DNA of 63,960 nucleotides, counting the filler, from Choristocarpus tenellus KU-1152 (taxonomy: Eukaryota; Protista; Phaeophyceae): assembly GCA_964200185.2 (NCBI GenBank). It is 12 parts of 12 records of this genome, joined end to end, with 100 filler letters (N's around TTAATTAATTAA, not from the genome) between each part and the next. Parts side by side here need not be neighbours in the genome. Positions count along the whole stretch, not along the records: positions 22,238 to 29,216 come from CAXNAD020006931.1; positions 29,317 to 33,103 come from CAXNAD020017919.1; positions 33,204 to 37,779 come from CAXNAD020013943.1; positions 37,880 to 46,054 come from CAXNAD020005045.1; 8 more parts are not named here. The stretch is one strand, 5' to 3'. A program made the position numbers and the translations under genes. Below, piece by piece: positions 25,501-38,100 of the stretch. The notes beneath the pieces were generated by a model. That model did no database searches, was not told where the DNA came from, and saw nothing but the letters and a program-made list of their open reading frames with translations. The first letter of the stretch is position 1. The number at the start of each line of letters is the position of its first letter.

Positions 25501-27359
25501 GAAGACGCATGAATCGTATGCCCAATCAGAGCCATGTATTTTGTAACTTTTGAAGGTTCAGTTCAAAAGAAACAAGTGTATACTTGGATTAGACCAGACA
25601 ATTTAACGGAGATTGCATTGTGTGACCTTATGGATACCTTGAAGGGAACGTGGACAAATTTATCACATTGGTGATTAGAGTGATTGGAACTTAGGACCCA
25701 TTCATTTTAGGCCATGTCAGAGATATATACTTTGTAAATTTTGAAGGTGTGTTTCAGAAAGAGCAATTGTATACTCGGACTAGGCCAGGGGCAATCTGAC
25801 TCTAATGGTATTCTGTGGCCCTTGGGAAAGAGTTTCACAGGTTAGACAAGGATATTTGTTAACCTGTTTTGGGGCTAGTTGGATTTACATATTTTTTTAA
25901 TCAAAGTATATACTCTTATCGGGTCAGACATATATTGATCTTGACTGTGCCTTACGACTTTTGAGGATCCGTTCTGAAAGGAAACGAGGGGATTGTTGGA
26001 ATACATGGGTTAATTTGGAACTGGATTCCCTAAGTTGGAAAGAAACTGGCAGAGTCGGAACTGAAGCCCCTATGTTACCACAGGGCAATTATGCATGCCA
26101 CCGCAGCATGATCTAAGGTGATGGATATTTACTATCCAGATAATGATTATTGCCTGTGGTAAGCATGAAACAGGTAGTCCCTCCATGGAACATAGGATAG
26201 CAGAAGTTGGAACCATGAAGTAACCCACATCAGAATAGATAGCAATTTCTGTAAGATGTTTTGATTTTTTTTTGTCATTTTGTGTTTTTGAATATATTTT
26301 TTATGTTTACATCAGGTACCTGACCCCCTTTATTCCATGGATTTTGTTTTTTCTCTCCCCCTTTTATTTTATATTATTCTTTCGTTTATTTTTGGATTTT
26401 CTTTTTTTGTATTTTTCAATTTTTTTCTCTATCCCTTGCCTAACTTTTTTTTTCCTTCCTCTTTATCCGAGCAGGTACCTGATCCCCTTAATTCTGTGTT
26501 TTATTCTATCTTTCTTCATTTTTTTTCTCCTTTTTTTATCACTGATGTTGATGTTATTGCCTGTTTTACGCACTGGCAGCCATCAGTATGCCTCATGCTT
26601 GGGGGGCATGAGACAGGCAACAATCAGATGATACTTGGCACCTTAGGGTAGCTGTACTTTAGAAAGAGTGAATGTATACTCTGATTAGGTTAGTTGCAGA
26701 CAGATTTCTCCAAGTTGATAGGGATAAATGTTTTGGGCCTAGTAGGAGTCAGGTATATTTTTCTTCTTTCTTTCTCCTTGCTACAGGATGATTTGAGGTG
26801 ATTGAAGATATCTATTGCGTTCACCGGTGACAATTGCCTGTGGTAAGCGTGAAACATGTATTGCTAGTTCACGCTGGGGGGGGGGGCATGTTACAGGCGA
26901 CTAGTGCGAGCATTTCTTTCTGCGTGTCAAAATGCGCGAACAGTATGCATACGTGAGAATTCATGTAGGAGGAACTTTGAATTGATAGAAGATGCAGAGT
27001 AAGATTCGAAATGCAAACGTAATCTTACAGAATAGATGTCAATTCCTGAAAGTTGCAGAGTAAAGATTGATGATTGAAGTATCTACTTAGCAGTTTGCAG
27101 ACTTCATTTAACTCTTTGGCTGTAGAAAAATGGTGAATGATGTTAATAAAAGGCTGATGCGGATCACCACGCCCTCGGTTCTTTTGATATTTACCTCTGT
27201 TGATAAAGCAAAAAGCGAGACATTGACTGAGCTAAGCATCAACTGACACCGTACGTGGTCATCATCTGTGTGGACCCCCGCGTAGCATCGTTTTAAGGTC
27301 ATTGGATTTGAGTTGCATATCCTGTGGAGGAGAGTTCTGAGGGGCATGCTGTAACAGGT

Positions 27360-27972
27360 GTGGCTAATGCAGTAAGAGCTGTTGCCCGTCATTCACATGC
27401 TCCAAGCCAAGTACATTGAAAGCTGTGACCCAGATCCTCAAGTACCGCAAAGGGACATGAGAGTTGGACCCAACCCACCGGAAAGGCACAGGATTGGATT
27501 TGATGATCTATGCTGATGCGTATTTTGCCGATGAGACTTTTGACAGACGTTCTGTATCAGGGGGGGCAGTGATGTGTGGGAGAGCAGCAGTTGCTTGACT
27601 TTCTAGGACCCAACGTTTCATAGCACAGTCGATTGCAGAGGCAGAATACATAGCCATGGGGGGCTGTGTGAAGGAGTTGTTGTTTCTGTGAGGTGTGTTG
27701 GATTCTTGCAACCTGATAGGACTAGGTCGTGTTATGTAGTGTATGAGGATAACACAGGAGTTATCCATTTGGCTAACAACCCTTTGAGTTCTGGAAGGAC
27801 TAAGCACATAAATGTCCAACATCATTTCCTAAGGGACTTGGTAGCCAATGGACAAATAAGGATTGTTCATGTTACCTCAGATGAGCAGCATGCAGATGTG
27901 TTGAGCAAGCCTTTACCAGAAGAATCGTTTTGGAGGCATGCAGAGGCTTTGCTAAATTTAGACTATGTTTAG
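27360..27972 (+). pseudogene. Ty1/Copia RT C-terminus and RNase H, decayed
   Basis: VANAVRAVARHSHAPS; ILKY.KGT; IYADAYFA...DRRSVSG; SIAEAEYIAM; YEDNTGVI.LANNP.SSGRTKHI.V.HHFLRD; QHADVLSKPL. Contains in-frame stops and frameshifts. Confidence 0.92.
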
Positions 27973-28131
27973 TGGTTTGTTTCTTGCTGACTTTGAATTT
28001 CTTTGTGTTATCTGGGGTTTTTCTTAAGTGAGTTCAGTAGCTGGTTGTGCTCTTGTCATACAGGATTGACCCTGAGGAGTCTCCTAGGATCAATAATTGT
28101 GCCTTATCTGTTCCCAATAATTGTTTGAGTT

Positions 28132-28406
28132 AGGGAGGGTGTTCGATTAGACTCTTCCAACTCTATCAAACAGTTGCGGTAAACTGTATATGGAGTGAGA
28201 GTAGAATCATTAGTGATTAAGTTGATCAGAACATTTTATTAGTGATTAGCTAGATGAGAATATCCCTCATATAAATGGGAATATTTCTGAGTTTATGGGG
28301 TGCTGCATACCCCACTTAACGTAAATCAATCACTCTACAGACATCAAGCAATCTCCTTGGATTTATCACCTTCGTTATTTTTGATGATTTGGGCGATACT
28401 TTAACA
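28132..28406 (+). mobile_element. Copia polypurine tract and 3' LTR (28140..28406)
   Basis: agggaggg directly before TGTT; candidate end ...ttAACA at 28406. Lies downstream of the RNase H. The LTR start recurs at 1..70. Confidence 0.75.
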
Positions 28407-28439
28407 GGAGATACTTCTCAATATTCCTAAATAATGATC

Positions 28440-29010
28440 TTGATCTCAGTCCTCACAGTGCTGAAGCTCTCGCTACCCCACCAACGTTGATGGAAGTGGC
28501 TGAAGCACTCTGGGTAATGGGAAATGAGAATGTTATGGGTCCCAAGCATCTTGGCCTACAGGAGTACGTGGTTATCCTCCAGGTTTCAATTTAAGATTGT
28601 GTTGACTGCGTGAAGCCAGAAAGTTACACCTCAGGTCTGGAAAGATGCAGTCATAATTACTGTGCTCTACACGAAGAAGAACTATACTGATTGTGCCAAC
28701 TATAGGGGCACCTCTGATTGCTGGGTCAGTTGCTCGTGTGGAAAATGAGTGAATTCCTAAGATATTGATGATTGAGGAGCTTGCCAATGGAAAACACAAG
28801 CAAGGTGGACAGGAGAAGAATTGGCGGACATGCCTCCAATATGATCTTGAAATCTTTAGGATTGAAGTTGAGGTTTGGAGCATCAAGGTCACTAACCAAC
28901 AGGAATGGTGTGAGCATGTGGCAGACAGCACAATGAGGTTCATGGCGGAACGATATTCCAAGGAAGCTGTGATAGCTAAATGTACATCACATCAAAGCAA
29001 CAGCTAAGGT
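28440..29010 (+). pseudogene. Non-LTR retrotransposon (RTE-like) remnant lacking the RT core
   Basis: PQVWKDAVI...KKNYTDCANYRG (pre-RT) abuts GSVARVENE*IPKILMIEELANGKHKQGGQEKNWRTCLQYDL..F.I....W (RTE C-terminal region). Confidence 0.75.
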
Positions 29011-29111
29011 TGCCCAGGGCACCAACGCTACCACCATCGCCGTCTGCTGAATGCTTTTTTCTTTGGGGCTGATTTCTCTTACATCCTTTGTCCATTTTAA
29101 TTTCTTTCATT

Positions 29112-29216
29112 GGGTCAAAGTATCTGGGGGGGGGGGGGTGGTTTGTGAGGAGGCGTCCGTTTCGGTCAAACAACTCTTTTTTTGCTGACATTTTCAATCC
29201 GACACGTGCGACCAAA
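29112..29216 (+). mobile_element. MITE with family-A-type terminus but divergent interior (truncated)
   Basis: gggtcaaagtatctggggggg...gcgtccgtttcgg; a near-identical terminus occurs at 50705. Confidence 0.65.
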
Positions 29217-29421
29217 NNNNNNNNNNNNNNNNNNNNNNNNNNNNNNNNNNNNNNNNNNNNTTAATTAATTAANNNNNNNNNNNNNNNNNNNNNNNNNNNN
29301 NNNNNNNNNNNNNNNNCGATCCTCTTCTTTCACCCATGATACCCCGATTATCATTTAACCTTGCCCCCCACCCCTTCTCACCCACCCCCTTTGCCACCTA
29401 TGTTGTGGTACATGATTGCAG

Positions 29422-30957
29422 ATGGGTACCAATTGCGTGGACGTGGAGGTGTTGCCCTGTGGAAACCTGTTGGTGGTGACCGGTGGAGATGACCAAGCTG
29501 TGACGGTGGCCGAGATTGCCATCCGAGAGGGGGGGGATATCTGGAGGTGAGTGTAGGCATGCAGCATTTGTGCCCATTCGGGAGGAAAGAAAGAAACTTA
29601 GATCTACGTCGGTTGCATTTTATGCTTTAAAGTATTTGGTTGTGGTTTCTGTCCTGGAGGAGTGATTGGAGATTGAATTATTAAGTTAGGGGTAGTGGAA
29701 GTAACCTGAAATGATCACCAAGGGAGTTTTTCCAGCGAATTTCTCTTCGCTGGAAAAGGTTGCTGCCTTTGCACTCACTCTGGAACTTGCAACCTAACCT
29801 CAACTAAATTTTGTGCAGTTTTCGGTGGTATGCATGAGTACCTGTTCTGAAGAAGAAACTCCTGCCTTGCACACCTATTTTTGTTTTCCGTGGTAGCACT
29901 TGAGGTTTTTGTACCTTGGCAAGCAAACAGCTACATATCCTCGATGGGCATCACAACCTTCAGTAACTTCCTCCACCTCCTTTCTCACTCTCAATCCCTG
30001 CTGGTGTTCCCGGGTTGGTCTTGGCTGGTGAATGGTCCATAAAGCAGTCCTCTTTTGTGCAATACTCGAGCTGAGGCCTATCTGGTTGGCATTGAGACAA
30101 AGGACGCAGCTGCAGGCTCTGCGATCAGAGGGGTGAGAATGCTCCCCTTTGAACACGGAAGCAAATGTGCACTCAAACACAAGGACAAGATTAGTGAAGA
30201 TAATGATAAGCTCCAAGGCAAAAGTGAAGGTAAGGACAAAATTGATGCTGAAGGTAGAGGTCGACAAAACGGAGCAGGTCAAGGTAGATGCGTGAAGGAA
30301 GAAGGGTTGTCCAAAGAGAAAGGGGAGGAGGGAGAGGACCAACTAGAGGAATCTTTTGGCACAAATTGCCAACGGACCACCCCCTATTATCGCCTATTTA
30401 CCCTCTCCTCTGACCAGCGAATATCTCAATGGGATCTCCACCGACCAACTCTGCAGAATACACCACAAGTGCGGGATTCGAAAGAGTTCTATAGTGAAGT
30501 AAGAAGGGAAAAGGAGGTTGAGATCGGGGATGAGGAAGATATTGAGAAAGGAATTACTGATTGTACTATCTACCCACCCAATGTGCCACAAAGAGGATCC
30601 CCGTTGGGAGGACCTCCCAGTTCTAGCAATACAAACAAAGGCTTGTGGTTGGAAGGGCTGCTTCAAGAGGAGGGTGGTGATACTGGGAGGAATGTGGGTT
30701 CACGGGTTGAAAATAGGACTATATCAGTAGAACAAAGGCAAGGCCAACATGACTGTGGAGAAAGAAAGGTTCAGAACTCGTCACAGTCCCAGTGTTTCCG
30801 CTGGAGGGCTGGGTGCATGGTTGATGTAGGGGACCCCAATGGTTTTGATGTCATTGCCCTTGGAGAAAATGCTCTCGCAGCAGTGGGTGGGCAAGGCTTA
30901 CAGTTGATCTATTTCCAGGGAAAATCGGGGGGTATTCCCCTCTCGCGAACAAGATGA
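29422..30957 (+). CDS. WDR6: WD repeat protein 6 (Trm734-like), last two exons 29422-29546 and 30048-30957
   Basis: Phase-consistent GT-AG junction. MGTNCVDV...VVTGGDDQAV; AAGSAIRGV; LSSDQRISQW; VDVGDPNGFDV...AVGGQGLQ resemble the WDR6 C-terminal WD repeats. Confidence 0.7.
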
Positions 30958-31465
30958 AAAAAAAATGACCTTCTGTGTGTACCTCAGAGATGCCTGAGAG
31001 AGAGTCGCTAACCTCTTAAGGGTGACTATCCTTCGTATGTGACTGAACCCGATCTTGGTGACATGGGATATGGTAGTGACTGAAAACCAGCCAATGCAAC
31101 AGTTCATTGGACCACAAGGAGTGTGATGGAATATTGAATGTAAAGAAAACCACGCCACCCTGGTCTTGAAAACCCTGCATACCCAAAGGACTTGGTTGCT
31201 TGAGTTGGACCTAAGCGATAAGACTAGCAAGACACAGATGACTATTTCTCGCTGGGACAGTATCTTTTGAGGATTCCTATTAACGCCTTTATGCTACCTC
31301 CCCTATGGCATTGCTACCTCCACAATCAACCTGAACTATGTCTTGTGGGTCACTGATTCTGCGGAGATTCATCTCTTGACGTTGCATTTACAGAAACAAA
31401 TTGAGACAGAATGGTGCATGCGTCAGAGGGAGCTGTATCTACTGCCCACCTATATTTTTTGCTAA

Positions 31466-31642
31466 GGCCCAAAAGTATCTGGGGCGAGGGGGGGTCTATA
31501 CCAGGATTTCGTTCGGGCCCTGACCAGGAGAAGTGCACTTTCATTATCCATCCGACGCATGCAACCAAATTCACCCAAATATCACGACATGGAAAATGGG
31601 CCCTGAATGGACAGCCGCCACCCCTCCCAGATACTTTTCCCC
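31466..31642 (-). mobile_element. MITE family A, complete copy, TSD TAA
   Basis: taa|ggcccaaaagtatctgggg...cccagatacttttcccc|taa; the interior is the reverse complement of family A. Confidence 0.85.
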
Positions 31643-33221
31643 TAAATGGATGACCACAGCCGCTCTGAGATGAAACAATGTAAGCAAGGTACAGGAAACT
31701 CTTCCAACTACTTGAACCATAATCTCCCTGTTTGTTGAACAAATGTATATTGGTAGTGGATAATTGGCAGTAGAAATTGCGTTAGAATGTACGCCCAGTA
31801 GCAGGTGGTGGCCGAAATAAACCCTTTCGTAAGATGTACTATGGACTACTACTGGAAGTTGTTTGTTGAGGTAGGCTAGAAGAAGACCTAATATGATACC
31901 ATATAAGAATTGGTTTGATTGTGTACATCTTCTCTTCCTCTTCATGAAGAGTTATTTGTCTCTTGACTTGATGGTAAATATAAAATTATCATAGTATTGG
32001 TCTAATTGTTGGTGTTCCCATTAATGTTGAGTAGATGAAGCAGGTCTGTGACTTTCTCCTTCATTTTCTTAGCTTGATGCCTGCCTGGCCTCAATGTTGA
32101 TATTTCATGTTTGTTGGTCCTACAACTGCTGCATCTTCATTATCAAGTCCATTAGTAGTAGTCAGTAAATCAAGAACTGGAATGATCTTGAGGTTGTCGT
32201 TCTCCTACGTTCTGCATACCTATCTCTATACTCTGGAGTATAAAGGAAGATGATCTGTTGGACTACTACTATTCAAAATTTATTTGATGGTTGTCAATTG
32301 TTTCATTGGATAAAGTAGTAGGGGGCAGGATAGCGACTCCACTTCATATCATTAATCGATCATCTATTAATCTTCATGGTCATCTTGTTTGTATTTTTTT
32401 CCCCTATTTCATCCACCACCTACTGTTATTATTACTCTTTTCTCATCGTTCGTGTAAGTCAAACGGCATCATTTTTTGCTGTTATTTCAGCATCTACAAC
32501 CTGTACCACCGCTACAACTACGATGATACTGATTGCTGATGTTCTTTTCTCATTGACCTCTTCTTCCACGTATGCAGCTGTCAAATTTCAAGGTAGGAAG
32601 CACAATAATTGTTTCTTCCTCATACTTACCTATTTCATCAAACTGCTGCTGAACTATTATGACTAATGATTGCACTGCATTCGTGTCGTACCATACTTCT
32701 TGCATGTGGATTCAGCTACCCCACAGTTCATTGCTCTGCCTTCTCCAATATATCTTGTCCTGTACCCACCTTGGCGTTGCTCTGCAGCAAAAACTTGCCA
32801 CCTCGTTTGAGTCTCTGAAGTTTTTGTGGTATAGTGATAGATAGGCTACAACAGGTGTACAATCCGTAGCACTTGCTGCATGGACTTTGGATCATCCAAA
32901 CCATCTTTCCAAGAAAGGAAATCTGACATCAATGGGGTTCAAAGTCACAAAATGAATACATGGAAGGAACACGATCCGTCAAAACCAACGACCTACGGTG
33001 ACACTCTAAAAAAAATTTTTTTGAATAAGGCGTTGGACAGGTTGACGAGTGAGGCTGTAGTGGATGTGAAGAAGGTAGTACCCCCCCCCCCCTCCCCCCC
33101 AGGNNNNNNNNNNNNNNNNNNNNNNNNNNNNNNNNNNNNNNNNNNNNTTAATTAATTAANNNNNNNNNNNNNNNNNNNNNNNNNNNNNNNNNNNNNNNNN
33201 NNNGTTAGGCAGTTTTTACAA

Positions 33222-33395
33222 GGTAAAAGTACCGGGGGGGGGGGGAGGTCTACACAAGGGTGCCCATTCGGACCCTGACCAGGAGAAGTGCACTTACATT
33301 ATCCATACGAAGTATGCAACCAAATCACCTAAAATCACAACATGGAATAATGGACCCCAAATGGACAGCTGCCACCCCCCCAGATACTTAGACTC
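33222..33395 (-). mobile_element. MITE family A copy
   Basis: ggtctacacaagggtgcccatt...aagtgcacttacattatcca...ccccaaatggacagctgccacccccccagatactt. Confidence 0.85.
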
Positions 33396-33563
33396 TGCAT
33401 TGAGTAGTGAGCGCTGTTGACACAAGTCGTTCAATTTGTTTGTGATATTAAGGGGGGTTGGGTGCTGTCTTGTGCTAGTTGTGATGATGCCGATGATGCC
33501 GATAATGCCCTTCAGTCTTAGCTGTTCTCATACAGAATCGTGCCGTCCTTGCTACTACCCAAA

Positions 33564-33567
<4 letters not shown>

Positions 33568-33602
<35 letters not shown>
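33568..33602. repeat. (CT)n microsatellite; another at 35160..35191
   Basis: Direct reading. Confidence 0.95.
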
Positions 33603-33605
<3 letters not shown>

Positions 33606-33845
33606 GTTTCTTGTAAGATGTATGTGATGGTTATGGTGGAGATAAACTACTGTACTATCTTGTTGAGTTCCCATTATCAGTTTTGTCTACCTCATGTCCA
33701 ATGATACATAAAATGCTTGTGCGCATGCACCTCTGACAACTTGTCAATTGTACTCTCAAGTAGCACTACTTTCCCCTGAATGCCCTTACAGTCTCCATAA
33801 TGCCCTTCTTGTGTTCTATGCTGGGAAATTTTTGTATTCATGCAG

Positions 33846-35067
33846 GTCTCGCATTTGCATGGTCGGCGACCGTCTTGACACTGATGTGCTCTTTGGTTCC
33901 AACAACGGCCTCATGAGTGTCCTTACTCTCAGGTATGTGCGTTTTCCGTTTTCTACGAGCGTCTGTGTGCTCAATTAACGTGAATGTTGATGCATGTAAT
34001 GTGCGTCCAGGCGCGCGCGACGCGCGCATCGGTGTTTGTTTGTTTGTTTGATATTGCATTATTGTGATTGGTCCCGATTGCTCTCTTTGTACTTCGAAGC
34101 ATCTGTTTCTCGTTGAATTTGTGCTTTGACTGAGGGGGCATATGCGTGTGATCGTTTATGACGTGCTTCTGTGAAGGTGTGTTTTGTATATAATGGTCTT
34201 GAAATTGCTCATGGCAGGCTGAGACTGAGCCCCTCCATATGCAGGGGATTTGATTTTTTTTCTCTATTTATTTATTTATTTACTTATTTGTTCTATCACA
34301 GGGAGTAGTAGGAAACTTTGTGAGAAGAAAAATAAGGCATGGTAGGAGATTGATATTATTCATTGGGTCAGAGCTTTGTGAGAAGCAGGTTGGTCTTATT
34401 ATAGGACAGGTTATGGGAACAAGACTCCGCCTGATTGATAGTTGAATTTTTTTTATGAGTGTGAGTATCTACATCAGATTTTTGAGCAGTATTCCCCTCT
34501 TTGCACCCTGATGCAAGAATCAGGTCCAGGTGTCGTCATATTATCGTGTACATGCCAACTTGTTCCCCTGTCATCTCAGTTCTGCAACTCCAATAGTTCA
34601 TCCCCGATAACATACTCTCTCAGGCGGATACCCACTTCCCCCTAACCCTAACCCTAACCCTAACGCACTCTAAGACTTCATACGGTTGCCGGCTCCCCTT
34701 GCCCCAGTAGATAAACCCCAAAACTTGCTACGATATGATACGAACATGCGGCGTGAGGTGAAAAAGGAAAAGAGATATCAGCATGAACGCAGCATACAAG
34801 TGGCTCGTCATTATACATCAGCCTACCAGCATAGTTCATCTTTTTCTTCTTCTTCGTAATGTGCATACAAACGTGATCAGCACTGCTACAAATAGAAATG
34901 CCCCCCTGACAATTCTGATGCTGTCTGACTTGACTGCTCATCCCGATCAAATCCCATCTTCTTTGTTTCTTTTCAGTGGTGTGACATCCGAGAAAAAGCT
35001 GTTGAGTCCAGAGAACCAGATCTCCCCGGACTACTATGTGGACAGCATTGTAGATTTCTTCCCTTAA
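33846..35067 (+). CDS. PGP: Phosphoglycolate phosphatase (HAD subfamily IIA), last two exons 33846-33932 and 34977-35067
   Basis: SRICMVGDRLDTDVLFGSNNGLMSVLTLS|GVTSEKKLLSPENQISPDYYVDSIVDFFP*. HAD motif IV GDRLDTD; phase-consistent GT-AG intron. Confidence 0.88.
34640..34664. repeat. Interstitial telomeric repeat (CCCTAA)4 in an intron
   Basis: ccctaaccctaaccctaaccctaac. Confidence 0.9.
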
Positions 35068-35156
35068 GTTAGCTGGTGGCGATTACCGAATAACTGCTGG
35101 ACCTAGAGTTATATTATAGCGGCCATAGAGCTCTAGAGCGTTTTTGTGCGTTTCGT

Positions 35157-35195
<39 letters not shown>

Positions 35196-38100
35196 GTAGA
35201 CACGTTAAAGCAAAATGTTACAGTGTTTTGTCTGCTCGCTGATAGGTGCCATACTTTTAATTAAAAAGTAATTGTGACTGAAAAGTTTTTCATCTGGCGA
35301 TAATCCATTGGTGGGGCAATTGGCCACACCAAGGCCCAGCGGGAACGAGAAAGGTTTTATTGGATAGAGTATCTTGATTCTTGTCTATTTTTCTGCTACA
35401 CTAGGTCTTGGTGTGTGTGCTAGGTTGTTTTTCATCTAACGAAGCCTTCGTAAGGTGTGTTGGTTCCTCAAATCTAGCAAGGAAAGGATGTCGGTGGCTC
35501 CAAGAAAAAGGAAAAGATCAAGATGGAGGACCTTGATGATTCTATGAATGCTTTCTTTTCTAGGACAGAAAATAAAGGCGTAAAAAACGACTTATCGTGT
35601 GCTTTTCCGTTCCGAAAGGTGTGGAACCCTTGTGATTTCTTGTCCATGTATGGACTACTCAAATGTCAAAGCATGTTTCATGACCTTGTTCTTACATTAT
35701 TAAACCTCCACATCCTCTCTCCCTATAGTTGTTTTGCTCGGATCCCTGTCACTGATTTTGTTTGTTCTTAGTGGATGTATACACCCAAGGTTTGTTATCA
35801 ACTCTTTGCGAGAAAATGTAGTTTTTTTGCTTGATCAGCAATTTTTGTAACAGTGCAAGAAAAGGGGATTAATACTTGCCGAGGAGGGAAAGATGAACAG
35901 AGTGAAAGATATTGGTGGAGGGGCTGTGGAGATAGGAGGAGGAGGAGAAATGTAAGGATTGATGTACTGTAGTATTGATACAATAACTCTCTTAAGGTCT
36001 TACAATATTATGATTGAGGAGTAGATCTGAGACGGGGTAAGCAGGGGATGATGCGGATTGAGAGCTAAAAAGAGGTAACTTGTGAAGTGGGGTGTGGGAG
36101 ATTGGGAGGATAGATTGGCTTCATCTACTACTATAACGGTACCTCCCTCTGTATTGTTTCATGTGTTGCGCCGATCACATCAAGCCTGTCAAAATCTTTT
36201 TTTTTGTTGGAAACTTGTTGCGAAGTGCTCCGGAACACTTCAAGAATTACTTTCTCATCATTACTATCGATCCATACCCCAACTGCTGCCACGCAGTTGA
36301 AAAGTTGTGTTACGTTCAATGTAAGTGTGGAGTCGGTGTACACTTGAAGGTCTGTGAATACTCTTCGTGCATGTTGGAAGACTGAATGGTGGAAACCAAC
36401 GTGTAGACTTAGGTTTCTCTGGATCATCAGCAGTACATCCGTTTTTTCTACAGAAACCGTTTCCTCCAGTCTTTGACGATCACCACGCGATGAGCATTGC
36501 ATGCTACAGCAATTATTATGTGGTAGCCGAATCTGAAAAGGGGTTCTACACTCTGCACTGGACGAAGAAAGGGTTTCTCTTTGTTGCCGCAAGCAAGTTC
36601 TCTCCTTCAGGAGATCACTAGAAAAAGGCTAGAAGAAAACGGTCAGGCATCAGACAGATGACCGTTTGCTTCTGTTGTTGATGACGTCTCTTCTATTACT
36701 TCAAGTATGACAATATTAATACTATACTGGGTATGATAAATTTCTCAGAACTTTAAAGCATAGCAACTATACTTAACGAGATGTATCGCTCTATGTACCA
36801 CAGTCCTTCTTTCATCTCCTATATTGTGTGCAGCACGTACTACATTATTCTAAATGAATCGCCCTATCATTGTTATGGTGATGAGAGGTTTCTCCAACCA
36901 CTGGTACACATCATACATGTGAAGTAAAGGATGAAAATATATCTATGTGTATCAAATGGTCACCTATCGCTTCAACTATTATTAATACTACCTAATACTA
37001 GTGCATGTTCTACTAATAGTGTCTTGCCACCCTATCAGACCGTTTCGCGTCATATTGAAGTGAACACGGAGTACCCTTTACCTCGTGCACTAACAACACA
37101 TCAGTTCTGTCATGGACCTCCATGTATATCGACATTTTCAACCAGAACGATCTACGCCTGTCCGCTTAGACCCAACGATGAATCCGTGTATCTACCCCTG
37201 TATACCAACCTTACCTATCGTGTTTGGTCCTCTACTACCACCTTCACTATTGATTACACCAAATACCACCCTATACTAATATTTATTCTGCCCAAAATGT
37301 CAATTTCAGCACCAATCAATATATAGAAAACTTACTCATAACATGTCATCTGCTCAGTCAACACACATCTCTACCTTCTTTGCTGCCGAACAACCCCTGT
37401 CTCCCCTGTGGGGAAGATTCCTTATATGTTGCCTTGTGTCTGCCCCCCTATTCATTCTTCCCCAACTCTTCGACCTAGTTACTTTCTTCTCTCAACCCCT
37501 CCATACCCTCTACCCCCAATATCACTAATTTGATATTTACTTCTCAACTACCAGGTCTGCTTTTCAAGGAATCTAATATCTAACTTTCGTTCACCCTCCC
37601 TACCTTTTTCTTCGTGGGAACATCATTAACAGTTGATTTGATTGTCTGTATCACGACGAATTATCGTGTGCACACAACGCCAATCACTTCATGCCAATTT
37701 ACTATTAACAGCCGATTTCAAAAATTGAGGATGGAGCTTTTCATTGAGGATGGGCTTGACCCAAAATTGACTGGGATAANNNNNNNNNNNNNNNNNNNNN
37801 NNNNNNNNNNNNNNNNNNNNNNNTTAATTAATTAANNNNNNNNNNNNNNNNNNNNNNNNNNNNNNNNNNNNNNNNNNNNGTCAAAATCAGAAGATAACGA
37901 GGTTGCGAGTAGGGGGCTCGAGGTGATAGCACGCTGGGGGGGGGGGGGGGGAAGGGGACAGAAAATTGGACAAAAGAAAAAGATAACTTCACCCCCAGAT
38001 ATTTCTCAGTAGTATGCACAGAGCTGGAAGCTCAATCAGTACTTAGTGAGCAGTATGTAATTGATACATCCAATTGGAAAAAAGTAATGAAGTAGACATA

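Noticed and set aside
25104-26651. Phe-rich membrane-protein-like ORFs
   Set aside because: They arise from T-rich low-complexity tracts and have no family motif.
36080-37779. 153-aa and 131-aa ORFs, possible gag remnants
   Set aside because: No supporting motif, splice structure or LTR.
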